From Eledone cirrhosa (lineage: Eukaryota), in assembly GCA_964016885.1 (NCBI GenBank), contig OZ024741.1:229648001-229712000 (forward strand): a stretch of DNA of 64,000 nucleotides. Direction: 5' to 3'. Made by a program: the position numbers and the translations under genes. Below are positions 14,051 through 26,800 of this stretch, piece after piece (position 1 is the first letter of the stretch; each line of letters starts with the position of its first letter). The notes beneath the pieces were generated by a model that did no database searches, was not told the DNA's origin, and saw only the letters and a list, made by a program, of their open reading frames with translations.

Positions 14051-14093
14051 GTCACTGAAGAGGTCACAGAATGTGTGACGAATAAACTTTGAC
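14051..14093 (+). ncRNA. Type I hammerhead ribozyme (family D), GAAA mutated to GAAT
   Basis: gtca-CTGAAGA-g-gtcaca..tgtgac-GAAT-aaac-TT-tgac. Confidence 0.6.
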
Positions 14094-14250
14094 AATATAT
14101 GAACAACCGTCCGGTTATGGAACCAACCAACCGGAAATTTATAAACTCTTGAATTTATAAATTTAATTTATAATAAATTGGAGTGAAAGCAACTGGTGCA
14201 TGTGTTTCTTATTGGCAACATGACCCTCCCAAAGCATAACAATATATATA

Positions 14251-14347
<97 letters not shown>

Positions 14348-14369
14348 TTATATATATTATATATATATA

Positions 14370-14947
14370 TAATTCAATGATATTAAATGAATGGAAACTA
14401 TATTTATAAAACCATATTTATTCTATTATATATATTTCAAGGGTACCAACTATTTTGGTACGTTATCATCAGATAAAATACAAAATGTCTTATAAATATT
14501 TGACATGACCAAGGATAATATACCTTCACCTGGAAAGTGAAGGGAAGAGAAAAGAAAAGTCAGATATTTAAAATTATTAATATGAGTATGCAAATGATGT
14601 TTATATTAAAGAGTTGAAAAAACGTTATTTTAGACGCTATGGAAAATTTAAATAATTATGATAAGGAAGGAAGAGAAAGAGAAAAGAATAACGTTAATTT
14701 GGGTGGGGGATGTGTTACCTATATTATGAGTTATAATATTGTATATAAATTATATGAAGAATTATGGTTGTAAGTATTTTTATCTTATTACATTAGGATA
14801 GGTTATATGTATATAAATATCTCTATATATATTAATAAGTTGCGTATGTATTGATTGTTTATATAACAAATATGAGTTACAAAGGATGTTGAAATTATGA
14901 GATTAGAATAATTTGTGGATTCAAAAATGTTAAACATTGAGAATGTT
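14370..14947 (-). repeat. PLE pLTR-like segment; right arm of the inverted pair with 6943-7530
   Basis: Reverse complement of 6943-7530. Confidence 0.8.
14419..14480 (-). ncRNA. Type I hammerhead ribozyme (family B)
   Basis: Minus strand: tattttat-CTGATGA-taacgtaccaa..ttggtaccctt-GAAA-tatata-TA-atagaata. Confidence 0.7.
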
Positions 14948-15762
14948 TTCAGAATATTGATAATTTAACGAAGCTATATAAATTATCAAACAAAGATTGT
15001 TAAAGAAGAAGGAAGCTAAGAAGAAGGAAAAGGAAGACCACTTAAACGTTAATTTGGAGGAAATATATTCAGACATTTGTCTATATTTATATGGAGAATT
15101 ATTTATCTTATTATAATAATATATAAATATCTATATATATTTTAATAATAGCATTTGTATTTTTTTTTATTAAAAGGATAGTTTGTTTATAATATGAGTT
15201 ACGAGGGATGTTGATTTATAAATAAATAAATAAAATAAATAGGTGGTTGTTCATAATATAAGTTACTAGGATGTTGATTTTGTGTAAATAAATAGGTAGT
15301 TACAATTGATAAGCTTTAAATTAAATTAATGGAGTTATGTATAAAAAGTTTTTGTGATTCAAAAAATGAAAGATAACTCCGATTTTTTTTTTATTAATCG
15401 CTAGTGTGGGATTCATTATTTAGTCTAAAGAAATATGAAACATCATCTTGAATAGGATACATTTTACTAAAAACAGTTAATGGTTATTAATCTACATTTA
15501 AAAGTTAGCTTTAGAGGGTGTCATTAGAAAAATAAAGAATTAAGAAAAAAAAAAAGAAAAAAAATTAAAATTAAAATTAAAATTAAAATGATATAGAAGT
15601 ACATAATATAGAAGTACATAAATATATATAAATATATATACACATACGCACGTACATATATATTATAAGAAATTTTAAAGATATTATTTAGAGATATTAA
15701 TATATTAAAAGTATTAAAAATATAATAGGATCATTTTGGAGATTAATAGGATTATTATAAAC

Positions 15763-16730
15763 GGAAAAAATGAAACGAAATTTCATTCCCCACTCTTAGT
15801 ACGGCTGTTACTTAAATATAAGTATGTACACGTACATACATATATGTATACAGACGTACAGTAGTATGTATATATATATACATACATGCACACATATATA
15901 TATGTACGTATGGATTCACCGAACATTTATTATAATGCTCGGTGTGTTTGTAAACAAACATCCCGTATTAAGCCGTAGTGTCTAGCAACCATCGTTGCTC
16001 GTTTGTTCAACACTGACAAAGGAACGCTGTATTAGTTTCAAGCTTATTAGCTATCGTCAGCAACGTATACCTTCCTGCCAGATGTTGAACGTCTGAAAGT
16101 ATATACTTTTCTTGTGCATATTAACGGCTGAGTAGCCCAATTTGCATATCGAGTGGGTTAATCGGCCGGGTGCACCGAAAACGATATACGGAAAAAATGA
16201 AACGATATTTCATTTCCCACTCTTAGTACGGCTGTTACTTAAATATAAGTATGTACACGTACATACATATATGTATACAGACGTACAGTAGTATATATAT
16301 ATATATACATACATGCACACATATATATATGTACGTATGGATTCCCCGAACATATGTACGTATGGATTCACCGAACATTTATTATAATGCTCGGTGTGTT
16401 TGTAAACAAACATCCCGTATTAAGCCGTAGTGTCTAGCAACCATCGTTGCTCGTTTGTTCAACACTGACAAAGGAACGCTGTACTAGTTTCAATAGCTAA
16501 TAAGCTTGAAACTAGTACAGCGTTCCTTTGTCAGTGTTGAACAAACGAGCAACGATGGTTGCTTGACACTACGGCTTAATAAGGGATGTTTGTTTACAAA
16601 CACACCGGGCATTATAATAAATGTTCGGTGAATCCATACGTACATATATATATATGTGTCAATGTATGTATATATATATACATACTACTGTACGTGTGTA
16701 TACATATATGTATGTACGTGTACATACTTA
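15763..16730. repeat. HHR-bearing repeat family: tandem copies plus a fold-back palindrome
   Basis: 15763-16040 is repeated at ~16190-16493. ~16245-16493 is the reverse complement of ~16505-16730. Another family member lies at ~62655-63095. Confidence 0.8.
16025..16065 (-). ncRNA. Minimal type I hammerhead ribozyme (family E)
   Basis: Minus strand: cgttg-CTGACGA-tagc-taataa-gctt-GAAA-ctaa-TA-cagcg. Other copies have the palindromic ctag loop. Confidence 0.75.
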
Positions 16731-16796
16731 TAGGAATATTATAGTATAGCAAAAGCGGCTAACAGTCCCTCCGCGAACACTTCCATTATGCGCCTC

Positions 16797-17232
16797 TCAA
16801 TCTTTTTGCGCATCCCTTTGGCTGTGTTCATCCATCTCAAGGAAGAGTGCCAACGCGTCCCCCTCAAGGTACTGTGCCATGAGGCCAGCCACATCTTCTA
16901 TCTTCTGTAAGCTTCTGACCAACCGGACTTTTCGCAGCCAAGCGACAACATCGCCTTCACCGGTAAATGCCCTAATAGCTTCGCTCATTCGTAGTCTCGT
17001 CACCATATCCTAACTTTGTCTTGCGGTAAGTAATAAAAAACAACAGACTCCTCTCTGTTTTTCCAGTAGCTTTGTTTTCGAGAAAGTTTTTTTTTTTTTT
17101 TTTAATCAGATCTCTGTTTCCAGTACCGAAATAGCTTGTGGTTAGAAAAAGCTACCTCACTTACCGCTTTTCACAGGCGCCGCTAAATCCCATGGCTGGT
17201 TTCCCCTCTTCCTCGTGCGTATAATCCAACGG
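16797..17232 (-). mobile_element. gag: Inverted 5' part of the Ty3/Gypsy element: LTR 3' end, UTR and gag N-terminus
   Basis: 17137-17230 is the reverse complement of the LTR 3' part (~19840-19934). ORF 17006-16797 reads FTGEGDVVAWLRKVRLV..YLEGDALALFLEM (gag-like). Confidence 0.75.
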
Positions 17233-17239
17233 AGAAATA

Positions 17240-19649
17240 CCCCGCTTACACTGTGCAGGACAAAGACTTCAAGGCCGTGCTCGATGGGCAGCGATGAGTT
17301 GTTGAGTGGTACTGGAAGGGAGAACCACCAACACTGAAGACCAAAGTGGGCTGCTATCAACACACGTTGAAGGGAAACATTAGGAGCGAGTTCGAGCGAG
17401 AAGTAGAGAGATGGATTGAGGAGGGCAAACTGCTTCCCTGGAAAGAGGAGGTGAAGTGCGGAGTATTGCCGTTAATGGCGGTGGCGCAACTCACGAAGAA
17501 CAAGGTGAGGCCGGTACTGGACTTTCGGGAGCTGAACGACTACGTGTCATGCCACACGGGTGGCGAGATCACGGATGTCTGTGGGGAAACCCTGCGTGAG
17601 TGGAGACGCATGACGGGGGGTTCCGCAGTCGTAGATCTAAAGTCGGCATACTTGCAATTGCATATAGATGAGAATCTCTGGCAGTATCAGCTGGTCAGGT
17701 ATAAGGGCCGGACATATTTCCTGACCAGGCTCGGTTTCGGGCTAAGCTCCGCACCGAAGATCATGGCGGCGGTCCTCAAGGCCATTCTGGGAAAGGCCGA
17801 CAAGATGAAGAGGGCCACTAATTCCTACATTGACGACATCCTAGTGGACGAGTCCGTAGTGTCGGCGGCGGAGGTCACGAGCCATTTACAGGGGTATGGA
17901 CTAGCTGCGAAGCCGTCAGAAGCGTTGGCGGGAGGAACCGCGCTGGGACTTAGGCTACGGCGAGACAGGACGGGCGTGTTAGTATTCCAGGGGGGAAATG
18001 AACTTCCAGAACTGGGCCCAAGTATGAGTAGGCGGCAGCTTTTCTCAGCGTGTGGAAAGTTGGTGGGTCACTACCCGATTGCTGGGTGGCTCCGGACGGC
18101 ATGCAGCTATGTCAAGAGACGAGCGATAGGGGTGACTTGGAGTGACAGAGTGGGAGAGAGGACGGTGGCCATGATGCAGGAGATCGTGGAGAGAGTGAAG
18201 GCCGACGACCCAGTGCGGGGACGCTGGTATGTTCCCAAATCGCAGACCGGGACCGTACGGTGCGATGCCAGCAGCATAGCGCTGGATGTCACGTTGGAGA
18301 TAGAAGGTGTTGAGGTCGAGGATGCAACCTGGCTTAGGAAGAAGGATGACTGCAACCATATCAATGTGGCCGAACTGGACGCGGTGTTGAGAGGGGTGAA
18401 CCTCGCCCTGAGGTGGAGACTGCGCACCATCGAGATACGCACCGACTCGGCTACTGTACTCGGATGGGTGAGATCAGTGCTCACCAGTGAGAAGAGAGTG
18501 CGAACGTGTGGGGCGGCGGAGATGCTGGGAACTTTAGGAGAGCTGGCCACCGAGTTCGACCTGAGGCTGAGCGTAGTTTTCGTGCCCTCAGAGAAAAATA
18601 GGGCGGACGTTTTAACCAGGGTGAAGAAAGCCTGGATGGAAGCGCCGGAAGAGGGAGAAGAGAAGATAGCTGCGGTGTGTCGGCTGACCGAGTCGGATCT
18701 GAAAGGGTTGCATGACATGCACCACATGGGAGTGGATAGGACCCTGTTCCTAGCTAGGAGAATTGACTCGGACGTTAACAGACACAGTGTTCAAAGGGTG
18801 GTTAGAGGCTGCGTCCGATGTCAGTCCATTGATCCCGCCCCGGGTGTGCACGAAACGGGAAGCCTCCCGGTGGATCGCGACTGGAAGCGATTGGCGGTGG
18901 ATGTAACGCACTACCGACAGGGAACATACCTCTCAATGCTCGACTGTGGACCAGGACGGATGGCGATATGGAGGGAGATGAAGACTGGAACAGCCGAAGA
19001 AATCATGCGGACGTTGAGAGAGGTGTTCTTGGAGCGGGGCCCTGTGGACGAACTGCTGATGGACAACAGCGCAGCGTTCCGCTCGGAGGCGCTGAGGGAG
19101 ATGCTCGATGGATGAAAGGTGGACCGTTTCTTCAGAGCAGCGTACAGGCCGAGCGGAAATGGAATCGTGGAGCGACACCACCGGACGATCAAAGCAATGG
19201 CGGAGCGGGGCCACATCTCACCAATGGAGGCAGTGTTCTGGTACAACATGTCTCCTCGGGTGGGACAGGTTGAGGAATCGGTGCCACACAAAGCAGTATT
19301 CAGATACGAGTGGCGGCACCCGTGCACGCCACCACAACGGCCAGTTGGGAGAGAGAATGCATTCGTGCAGGTGGGCGAAGAAGTCTGGGTTAAGCCCCCA
19401 GATGCACGTTGCACATCTCAATGGGGAAGGGGAACGGTGACGGCTGTAAATTCCCAGAACAATGTGTCCGTGGACGGAGTACCACCTCAAGTCCTGGATG
19501 TCCGTAGAATTACTGTGTCAACGGACTCCGAGGAAGAAGAAACCCAAAGTGCCGCCCCAACACTGAGGAGATTGCAAAGAAGTCGCAAACCACCAACCTG
19601 GACAGCAGACTTTCATATGCAGACGGACGAGGGGGAAATTGATCCTTGA
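17240..19649 (+). pseudogene. pol: Ty3/Gypsy pol (RT, RNase H, integrase) with one in-frame stop
   Basis: RPVLDFRELN, DLKSAYLQ, GFGLSSAP, YIDDI; RNase H DAS..INVAEL..TDS; integrase HHMG..CVRC, DVTH, DNS, GNGIVERHHRTIK. TGA at 19113-19115, after which the same frame continues. Confidence 0.92.
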
Positions 19650-19662
19650 GATCAGGAGGGCG

Positions 19663-19934
19663 TGTGGGTATGGTGTGGTGTGCGGTGGCCGGAAGCTGGG
19701 GAGTGCTCGACCGGAAGAGTGCTTGAGCGGAAGGGTGCTTGGCCGGAAGAGTGCTCGACCGGAAAGGCCAGCAGGTCGGCCTCTCTCTAGCGGTGATCAG
19801 GAACGTGGTGGACGTCAGTTTTGCAGCTCCCGGTTAACGAGTTGGATTGTACGCACGAGGAAGAGGAGAAACCAGCCATGGGATTTAGCGGCGCCTGTGA
19901 AAAGCAATAAGTGAGGTAGCTTTTTCTAACCACA
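19663..19934 (+). mobile_element. 3' LTR (272 bp) of the Ty3/Gypsy element
   Basis: TGTGG...CCACA inverted termini, preceded by purine-rich aggaggg (PPT-like). Confidence 0.8.
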
Positions 19935-20278
19935 TATAATAACCCTTGTATCTCCACCATTACATTATAACCTACTAACAACACTACCACCACCGTCAAC
20001 ATCACCGACGTCACAATCGTCACCACTCCATGCCACTATCACTATCGCTGCCACCACCAGTCTACACATCCATCGCCACCATTAACCAACCATTCCAACT
20101 ATGTCATCAATCACACTATTAACGTATTTAGACACGAGTTGAACTTTGTTAGACCAATGATAGGTGATGGTAGTGATGGTGGTATTGGTGTTTGTTGGTG
20201 GTGGGGGCAGAAAGCTGATTTACGAGAAATTCAGCTGTTATGTATAACAAGTCGAGCAACCATTTATTTCCATTACTG

Positions 20279-20437
<159 letters not shown>

Positions 20438-20560
20438 AGGTGAGTAATATTGTAGAACAATAAAACTATTCATATATCATATAAGTAGCACTGAACAGTT
20501 GGTAGAACTGGAGTATATATAATAAAGAAGAAATTAAAAGATGCTTAAAAGAGTTCCATA

Positions 20561-20630
20561 TATTTTATTATGCGCATTTCGAATACAAAATCATCCTGAG
20601 ATAAAAGTTGTGTTCTCATCAGATAAAATA
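20561..20630 (-). ncRNA. Type I hammerhead ribozyme (family F) in an inverted pLTR
   Basis: Minus strand: tattttat-CTGATGA-gaacacaa...ttgtattc-GAAA-tgcgca-TA-ataaaata. ~20510-20870 mirrors ~21955-22305. Confidence 0.8.
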
Positions 20631-20931
20631 AGAAAACATGATATGAGGCATAATAGCACTTATTTACAGGAAAGTGATAAGTCTACACATGACAAATATA
20701 AGTGTTAATAGAAATATAAGTGTTAATAGTAAGAAATAGATAGGAAAATAGAAGAAAAGGAAAGAAAAGGAGGAAAAGGAAAAAGAAAGAGAAGAAAGGA
20801 GAAAAAAGAAGAAAAAAGGAAGAGAGAGAGAGAGAAGGAGAGAGAGAGAGACTTTTGATCAGGAACACTGCCAAAATATTAGAGGTCTAAATATAGAAAC
20901 TGGGAATATTATTTTATATTGGGTTTCATGG

Positions 20932-21114
20932 ATTGGCAGTATCGGTAGAGGGTCGGACGTCATGCTTTGACGCATAGAGTTACGGCCCTTTCCATTCTGG
21001 GTTCAAATCCCGCCGAGGTCAACTTTGCCTTTCATCCTTACGGGGTCGATAAAATAAAGTACCAGTAATGTATTGGGTTATTGCTGGCCTTGTGTCAAAA
21101 GTAGAAACAATTAT
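20932..21114 (+). mobile_element. tRNA-derived SINE
   Basis: A-box-like tggcagtatcgg, B-box ggttcaaatcc, core gcctttcatccttacggggtcgataaa. Confidence 0.85.
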
Positions 21115-21491
21115 TTTATATTTGATTTAAATACTAAAAATTGGATTAAGAAGTGTAAAAATGTATTAATAAAATAAAGTAAGATAAAATAAAATAAATA
21201 TAAAAAAAGATTTTTAAAAAATAAAATTAAAATAAAAATAGTCTGTCAAAATTAATAATTTCTAGTAAAAATCTATATATGTGGGGTATACTATTTAATT
21301 TTTATTTTATATCAGCAAGTAAATAAAGGAAATTGCTAGAATGATTTATAAACGTAGAAAAACATATGACGTCATAATTTGTTTACAAAATCTACGAAGG
21401 TTTGAGCGAAAATCTAAAGCTATAGAAACAAATATAAAAAAATATAGAAAAAAATATATGATGAGAAAACCAAATTAATACATTGTAGAAT

Positions 21492-21663
21492 ATAATTGTT
21501 TCTAATTTTGGCACAAGGCCAGCAATTAGCCAGTACATTACTGGTACTTTATTTTATCGACCCCGTAAGGATGAAAGGCAAAGTTAAGCTCGGCGGGATT
21601 TGAACTCAGAATGGCAAGGGCCGTAACTCTATGCGTCAAAGCATGGTGTCCGACCCTCTACCG
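21492..21663 (-). mobile_element. tRNA-derived SINE
   Basis: Reverse complement of the same SINE family. Confidence 0.85.
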
Positions 21664-21679
21664 AGAATATAATGAAAGA

Positions 21680-21860
21680 TGTGTAAAGACCACCGTGACT
21701 CGTGGAATATGTTATAGGACATCAACTATATACTTTGTGAAAGGTCTTGTAGGATTTATGATTACAGAACCCTTCTTCCCAAGAATTCCGAGGATTAATC
21801 TGAAGGATCATAAAAGAAATTTTCGAACGGACTTGCCTGTAAGACTGCCAAAATTAATAT
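21680..21860 (+). pseudogene. PLE (Naiad-like) RT N-terminal fragment
   Basis: INLKDHKRNFRTDLPVRL resembles the LKDHK.NF....RL motif of this PLE group. Confidence 0.6.
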
Positions 21861-21971
21861 ATAGACCGCTAATATTTGAATACCCCTTATAATATTCGCT
21901 CATACACCTCATCAATTTACTTTTTAACCGTTATTTACAGCTGTTTTCATTTTGACAGCGTTCCTGATCAA

Positions 21972-22023
<52 letters not shown>

Positions 22024-22187
22024 CTTCTTTTTTTCCTTCTCTTTCTTTTCCTTTTTCTCCTCTTCTTTCCTTTTCTTCTATTTTCCTATCTATTTCTTAC
22101 TATAGTATTAACACTTATATTTCTGTCATATGTAGACTTAGCACTTTCCTGTAAACAAGTGCTATTATGCTTCATATCATGTTACCT

Positions 22188-22257
22188 TATTTTATCTGAT
22201 GAGAACACAATTTTTGTCCCAGGATGATTTTGTATTCGAAATGCGCATAATAAAATA
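22188..22257 (+). ncRNA. Type I hammerhead ribozyme (family F)
   Basis: tattttat-CTGATGA-gaacacaa...ttgtattc-GAAA-tgcgca-TA-ataaaata. Confidence 0.8.
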
Positions 22258-22306
22258 TATGGAACTCTTTTAACCATCTTTTAATTTCTTCTTTATTATA
22301 TATATA

Positions 22307-22818
22307 CTAGCAGTGGTACCCGGCGTTGCACGGGATAAGGTATTGCGTAATATATAACCGCCTTAGCTAAGCTTAGTATTGCCACAACCACGGCTGGCAA
22401 AGAAGTAAGGGTCTGGTGGTACATAAGTAAGCAACACTATGGCTTAAAACGTGAGGAAGAAGTTGTGTGCACTTACCAACTGTTTGGGGAATGAGTGTGA
22501 GATTTGTCTTGAGCAAGGGTGGCAGAATAACCGGAGACAGCAGACAGCCAGACATACAGCCAGATATTATAAGAGCGCGACGTTATATGTATGTATCTAT
22601 CTAAAAAGAGAAAGACTAAGAATTATAGAGAGAGATCGCTAAATCGCCTAATGCGGTCCTTAGGGCATTGGAAATTTGAAGTTTTTTTGCTCAGAACACT
22701 CCCTGAAACATAAGTATTACAAGTGTAAAGTTTGAAAACAGTCGGTTGGGTGCTTCTCTAGTTTTAGGGATTCAAACTCAGACACAAAGACAGACATCCT
22801 CAGTTTTATATATATATA
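22307..22818 (-). mobile_element. Non-autonomous Helitron-like element
   Basis: Minus-strand 3' end: GC-rich hairpin cccgtgcaacgccggg, then 8 nt, then CTAG followed by T. The 5' end reads tatatatataaaac and there are internal (CAGA)-like repeats. No TSD. Confidence 0.6.
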
Positions 22819-22819
22819 C

Positions 22820-23380
22820 GTTAATCCAGGTTGAATCGGAGGTAACCACAGTAAGTAAGGTACTCAATACATAGCAGAGTATAAAAGTTTTAATATAGAT
22901 GAGATTCTACAGGACTAGAACTATTTCATTCTTTAGAAATTATCAGGAATCTGGGTATCAAAAAATAAATATGGTATTTATAGGTTTCTTCAGGTGGTAG
23001 GAGAAGGTGGGGAGTGGGATGGGTAGAGGTCATTGGTTGATAGAAAAGGGAATTCATTAAAAGCTAATTCTTTAAAGCTATAATTTATATTTAGAGTAAC
23101 AAAGGCAGAAAGAATTCTATAAACGTGTTCAGCATGGGGTGCCAGTCCTTATTTTTAAGTTTCTCTTAAGCTAACAATGCCTATATTTCAGGTGTCTATA
23201 AGATCGTTGGGGGTCGGTCATGGTTGATGGATTTAAAGAAAAGGGAAATTCTTTAAAAGCTAATTTTTAAAGTTCTACTTAGAGTGACAAAGGCCTAGAG
23301 AATTCTCTAGACAAGTTCAAAATATTGAGTGCCTATTATACCATTATCTTCAGGTTTCTCTTAAGCTATATTCCAGGTGT
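22820..23380 (-). mobile_element. PLE 3' UTR/pLTR (family G) with a decayed HHR at 22902-22952 (core CTGATAA)
   Basis: ~22880-23235 is the reverse complement of ~40170-40520. Confidence 0.7.
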
Positions 23381-23624
23381 CAACAGACACATTCATAAAC
23401 ACACACACGCGCACGCGCGCACACACACAAACATACATATATATATACACATATGATGGCTGCCCCCTCGTTATAGAGTTGCACGAGGAGAAAAAAAATA
23501 ATAATAATAATAAATAAATAAAAAAGAAAATAAAATTTAAAAAAGAAATATATATATATACACACACATACATACATACACACATATATATATATACATA
23601 CACACATATACATTAATAACAATA

Positions 23625-23720
23625 ATAATTGTTTCTACTTTAGGCACAAGGCCAGCAATTACCCAGTGCATTACTGGTACTTTATTTTATCGACCCCGTA
23701 AGGATGAAAGGCAAAGTCAA
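23625..23720 (-). mobile_element. Truncated SINE
   Basis: Reverse complement of the SINE core and tail. Confidence 0.75.
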
Positions 23721-23829
23721 CAACGACAACAACGACAACAACAACAATAATAATATACATATACATATATATATATACACACACACACACTCATAAACAT
23801 ATCTATACACACATACACACGATAGCAAC

Positions 23830-26800
23830 TAACAGCGCTGCGATCGAATGTGGCTTTTTAGCCCAGCCAATGATCTAAAATGTCTTTCACAGAATCGGCA
23901 ACCAAAACATTCACTGGAAATAGCCGGCTATGGTTGGAGTTCATGTACTTTTGAATGTCGCTTGAGCCCTCCTGCTGATCTACATTCTCTACCACATGTT
24001 TAGCAAGCATGATGAGTAGCATCTCCAACAGCAGCCTGGTAGTCAACCACTGGTCTTACTTTATGACTGCGAAGATGACTTTCGAGTCCAGCTTTGCTTA
24101 GGCAGAGTCTCGCACAGACGCTGCATGTCAGCACCATAGGAGGACCCTCCCTGTCTGGAAGTGCAACAGCAATGCCCTTCCTCACATCCCGCTTTACTTT
24201 CTCGTATGCGATTCGAGATGCCTCAAAAGCAACTTTTCCCTCATATACAGTCTTTCTCCATTTATTACGATCAGCAGCAATATTTTCCCATGTATCAGCA
24301 GAGATGTTAGCGTCTTTCAAAGAGGCTTTCAAGGAATCCTTATACCTCTTTTTTTGGTTTATGTGGCGGTCGTTTTCCTTTAACTAACTCTCCATAAAAG
24401 AGTTGTTTTGGTATTCTAGAATCCTTCATCCTGGCAAGGTGACCAGTCCAACGGAGTTGTTGCTTACGCACAAGAGCTTCTATACTGTCACACATAGAGC
24501 TTTCCAAAATCTCGACATCACTGATGTGGTCCCTCCAGTGAACGCCATGGATCCGTCTGTGACACATCTGATGGAAACGCTCCAATTGCTTAAGGTGGTG
24601 TCGATATGTGACCCAGGTCTCGTAGGCATAAAGAAGACAAGGGAGCACACATGCCTTGTACACCTTTACCTTTGTCCTCCTGCATATGTCTCACCGACCC
24701 CAGAGTCGCCTTTCTAGCTTTCCGAAAGCATCACTTACTTTCCTAATCCTAAGTGAAATTTCACTGTCAAGGTTGCTGTATCGATTGACAGTGTTTCCCA
24801 GGTAGACAAACTGATCAACCACTCTAAGTCGTTTACCATACACATAGATATTTGGTTCAGTGTACTGCTTACCAGGGGCAGGTTGGTACATGACGACGGT
24901 TTTCGTTAGACTGACAGTCAATCCTAGGGCAGTGCAAGCGTCAGAAAATGTATTCAAAATGTGCTGCATATCACTCTCTGTGTGCGCTACAAGATCGCAA
25001 TCATCTGCATACCAGAGGTCTCTTATGATTGATGTAAATACTTTTGTCTTTGCAGCAAAGCGCCTGATGTTAAATATGGTGGCTGAGGTTCGATATCGGA
25101 TGTAAACACCATGCTCGCAATTCCTGAATGCAATACAGAAAACCATTGCAAAGTATATGGCAAACAGGGTTGGTGCTGGAATATCCCCCTGTTTCACTCC
25201 ATTTTTTACTGAGATAGGCTCCGACGTGTTACCTCCGACATTAACCCAAGCCTTCATGTCATCATGGAAAGACCTAACTAAAGCAAGGAACTTATCAGGG
25301 CAACCAAGTTTCTGGAGAACCTTCTATAATGCATCACTGTTAACAGTATCGAAAGCTTTTGTCAGATCGACAAAAACCTGATACAGATCCAAACTTTGTC
25401 CCATGCACTTCTCCTGGAGCTGTCTAGCTGAGAAGATCATATCAGTAGTGCCGCGTCCAGCACGAAAACCAGATTGACTTTCAGGAAGAACACAATCTGC
25501 AATGTGTGTCAGCAGACGGTCCAGAAGCACCCTACATAAAACTTTCCCTACGACAGAAAGCAATGATATACCTCTGTAGATCCCACAATCATTCCTGTTA
25601 CCCTTTCCCTTGTACAAGACTGCCATTACTGCATCTCTCCAGTCCTCAGGTACGGATTCATTAGCCCATATCCTGCCAAACAAAGAGTGAAGATGTTGCA
25701 GGAGTCTCTCACCACCATATTGTAGGAGCCCAGCATGTATGCCATCCATACCTGGAGACCTTCCACTGTTCAGCTTCGAGATAGCCACTGCAACCTCCAC
25801 AAGCGTCGGAGGTTCTGCGAGAGCTACTTTCACAGGACTTTCTGGAATGAGATTGAGGAAATCTTCACTGACGACAGACGGCTGATTCAAAAGATCATCA
25901 AAGTGCTCTCGCCACCTTCGTAGAATTCCTTGTGAGTCACGAAGAAGTTCTTTGCCATCCTTGCTGCGAAGCGGTGTCACCAGAGAAGAAGACGGTCCAT
26001 AAACCTCTCGCAAGAGACTGTACAATAGCTTTGTGTTATTGGAATTTGACACAGTTTGTATCTCACCAGCTTTCTCACTCCACCACTGATCCTTCATCTG
26101 AGAAAGACTCCGCCTAACACGTGATTTTACATCCTTGAGTTCCTCATGCAACGTATTCCTCTCCTGTGGTTTTGCCGTCAAGTAGCGTGACAGAGCACGC
26201 CTCTTATCAGCCAGCAAGTCTTCTATATGTACATCATTCTCATTAAACTAGTCCTGATGTTTTCTCTGCACCAATCCCAGAACACGCCTGCCTACATCAT
26301 AAACCGACTTTTTAAGGGTCGGCCAATCCTCATCAAGAACTGAAGCCTGCATCTCTTCTTCCAATGTCCTCTTCACATTTTTATCCTTAAGACGAGCAGC
26401 ATTCAATCTTTTCGGCAGGGCAACACCAGGAGCCCGGATTTTACGTTTACTGATTAGTTTCACTTTTGCGCGTACCAGGCGGTGGTCCGTCCAGCACTCA
26501 GCTCCACAAAGAGCACGAACACACTGCACATCCTGTCTGTCACGCATCCTGACTAGGACGTAGTCCAAAAGATGCCATTCCTTAGATGCAGGATGCATCC
26601 ATGTGGTCTTGAATTTGTTCTTTTGTTGGAACATGGTGTTGGTAACACACAGATCCAGCTCCTCACACATCTGCAGCATGAGCATACCATTGTTGTTACA
26701 CTTTCCCACCCCATGCCTTCCGATTACATTCCATGTGTTAAAATCCCTACCCACTCTAGCATTAAAGTCACCAAGCACGATGACTTTGTCTGCCTGAGGG

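Larger units (their letters stand above)
11467..14243 (+). mobile_element. PLE (Neptune-like), decayed, with an inverted 5' pLTR
   Basis: DKSGR, GSMDVVSLYPSI, GAAIG, RYVDD, LPVLD, VVY..YIGET..ER.NEH and EA.NI....P.LNR..EW motifs at ~12010-13830. 11467-11660 is the reverse complement of ~14040-14245. Confidence 0.85.
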
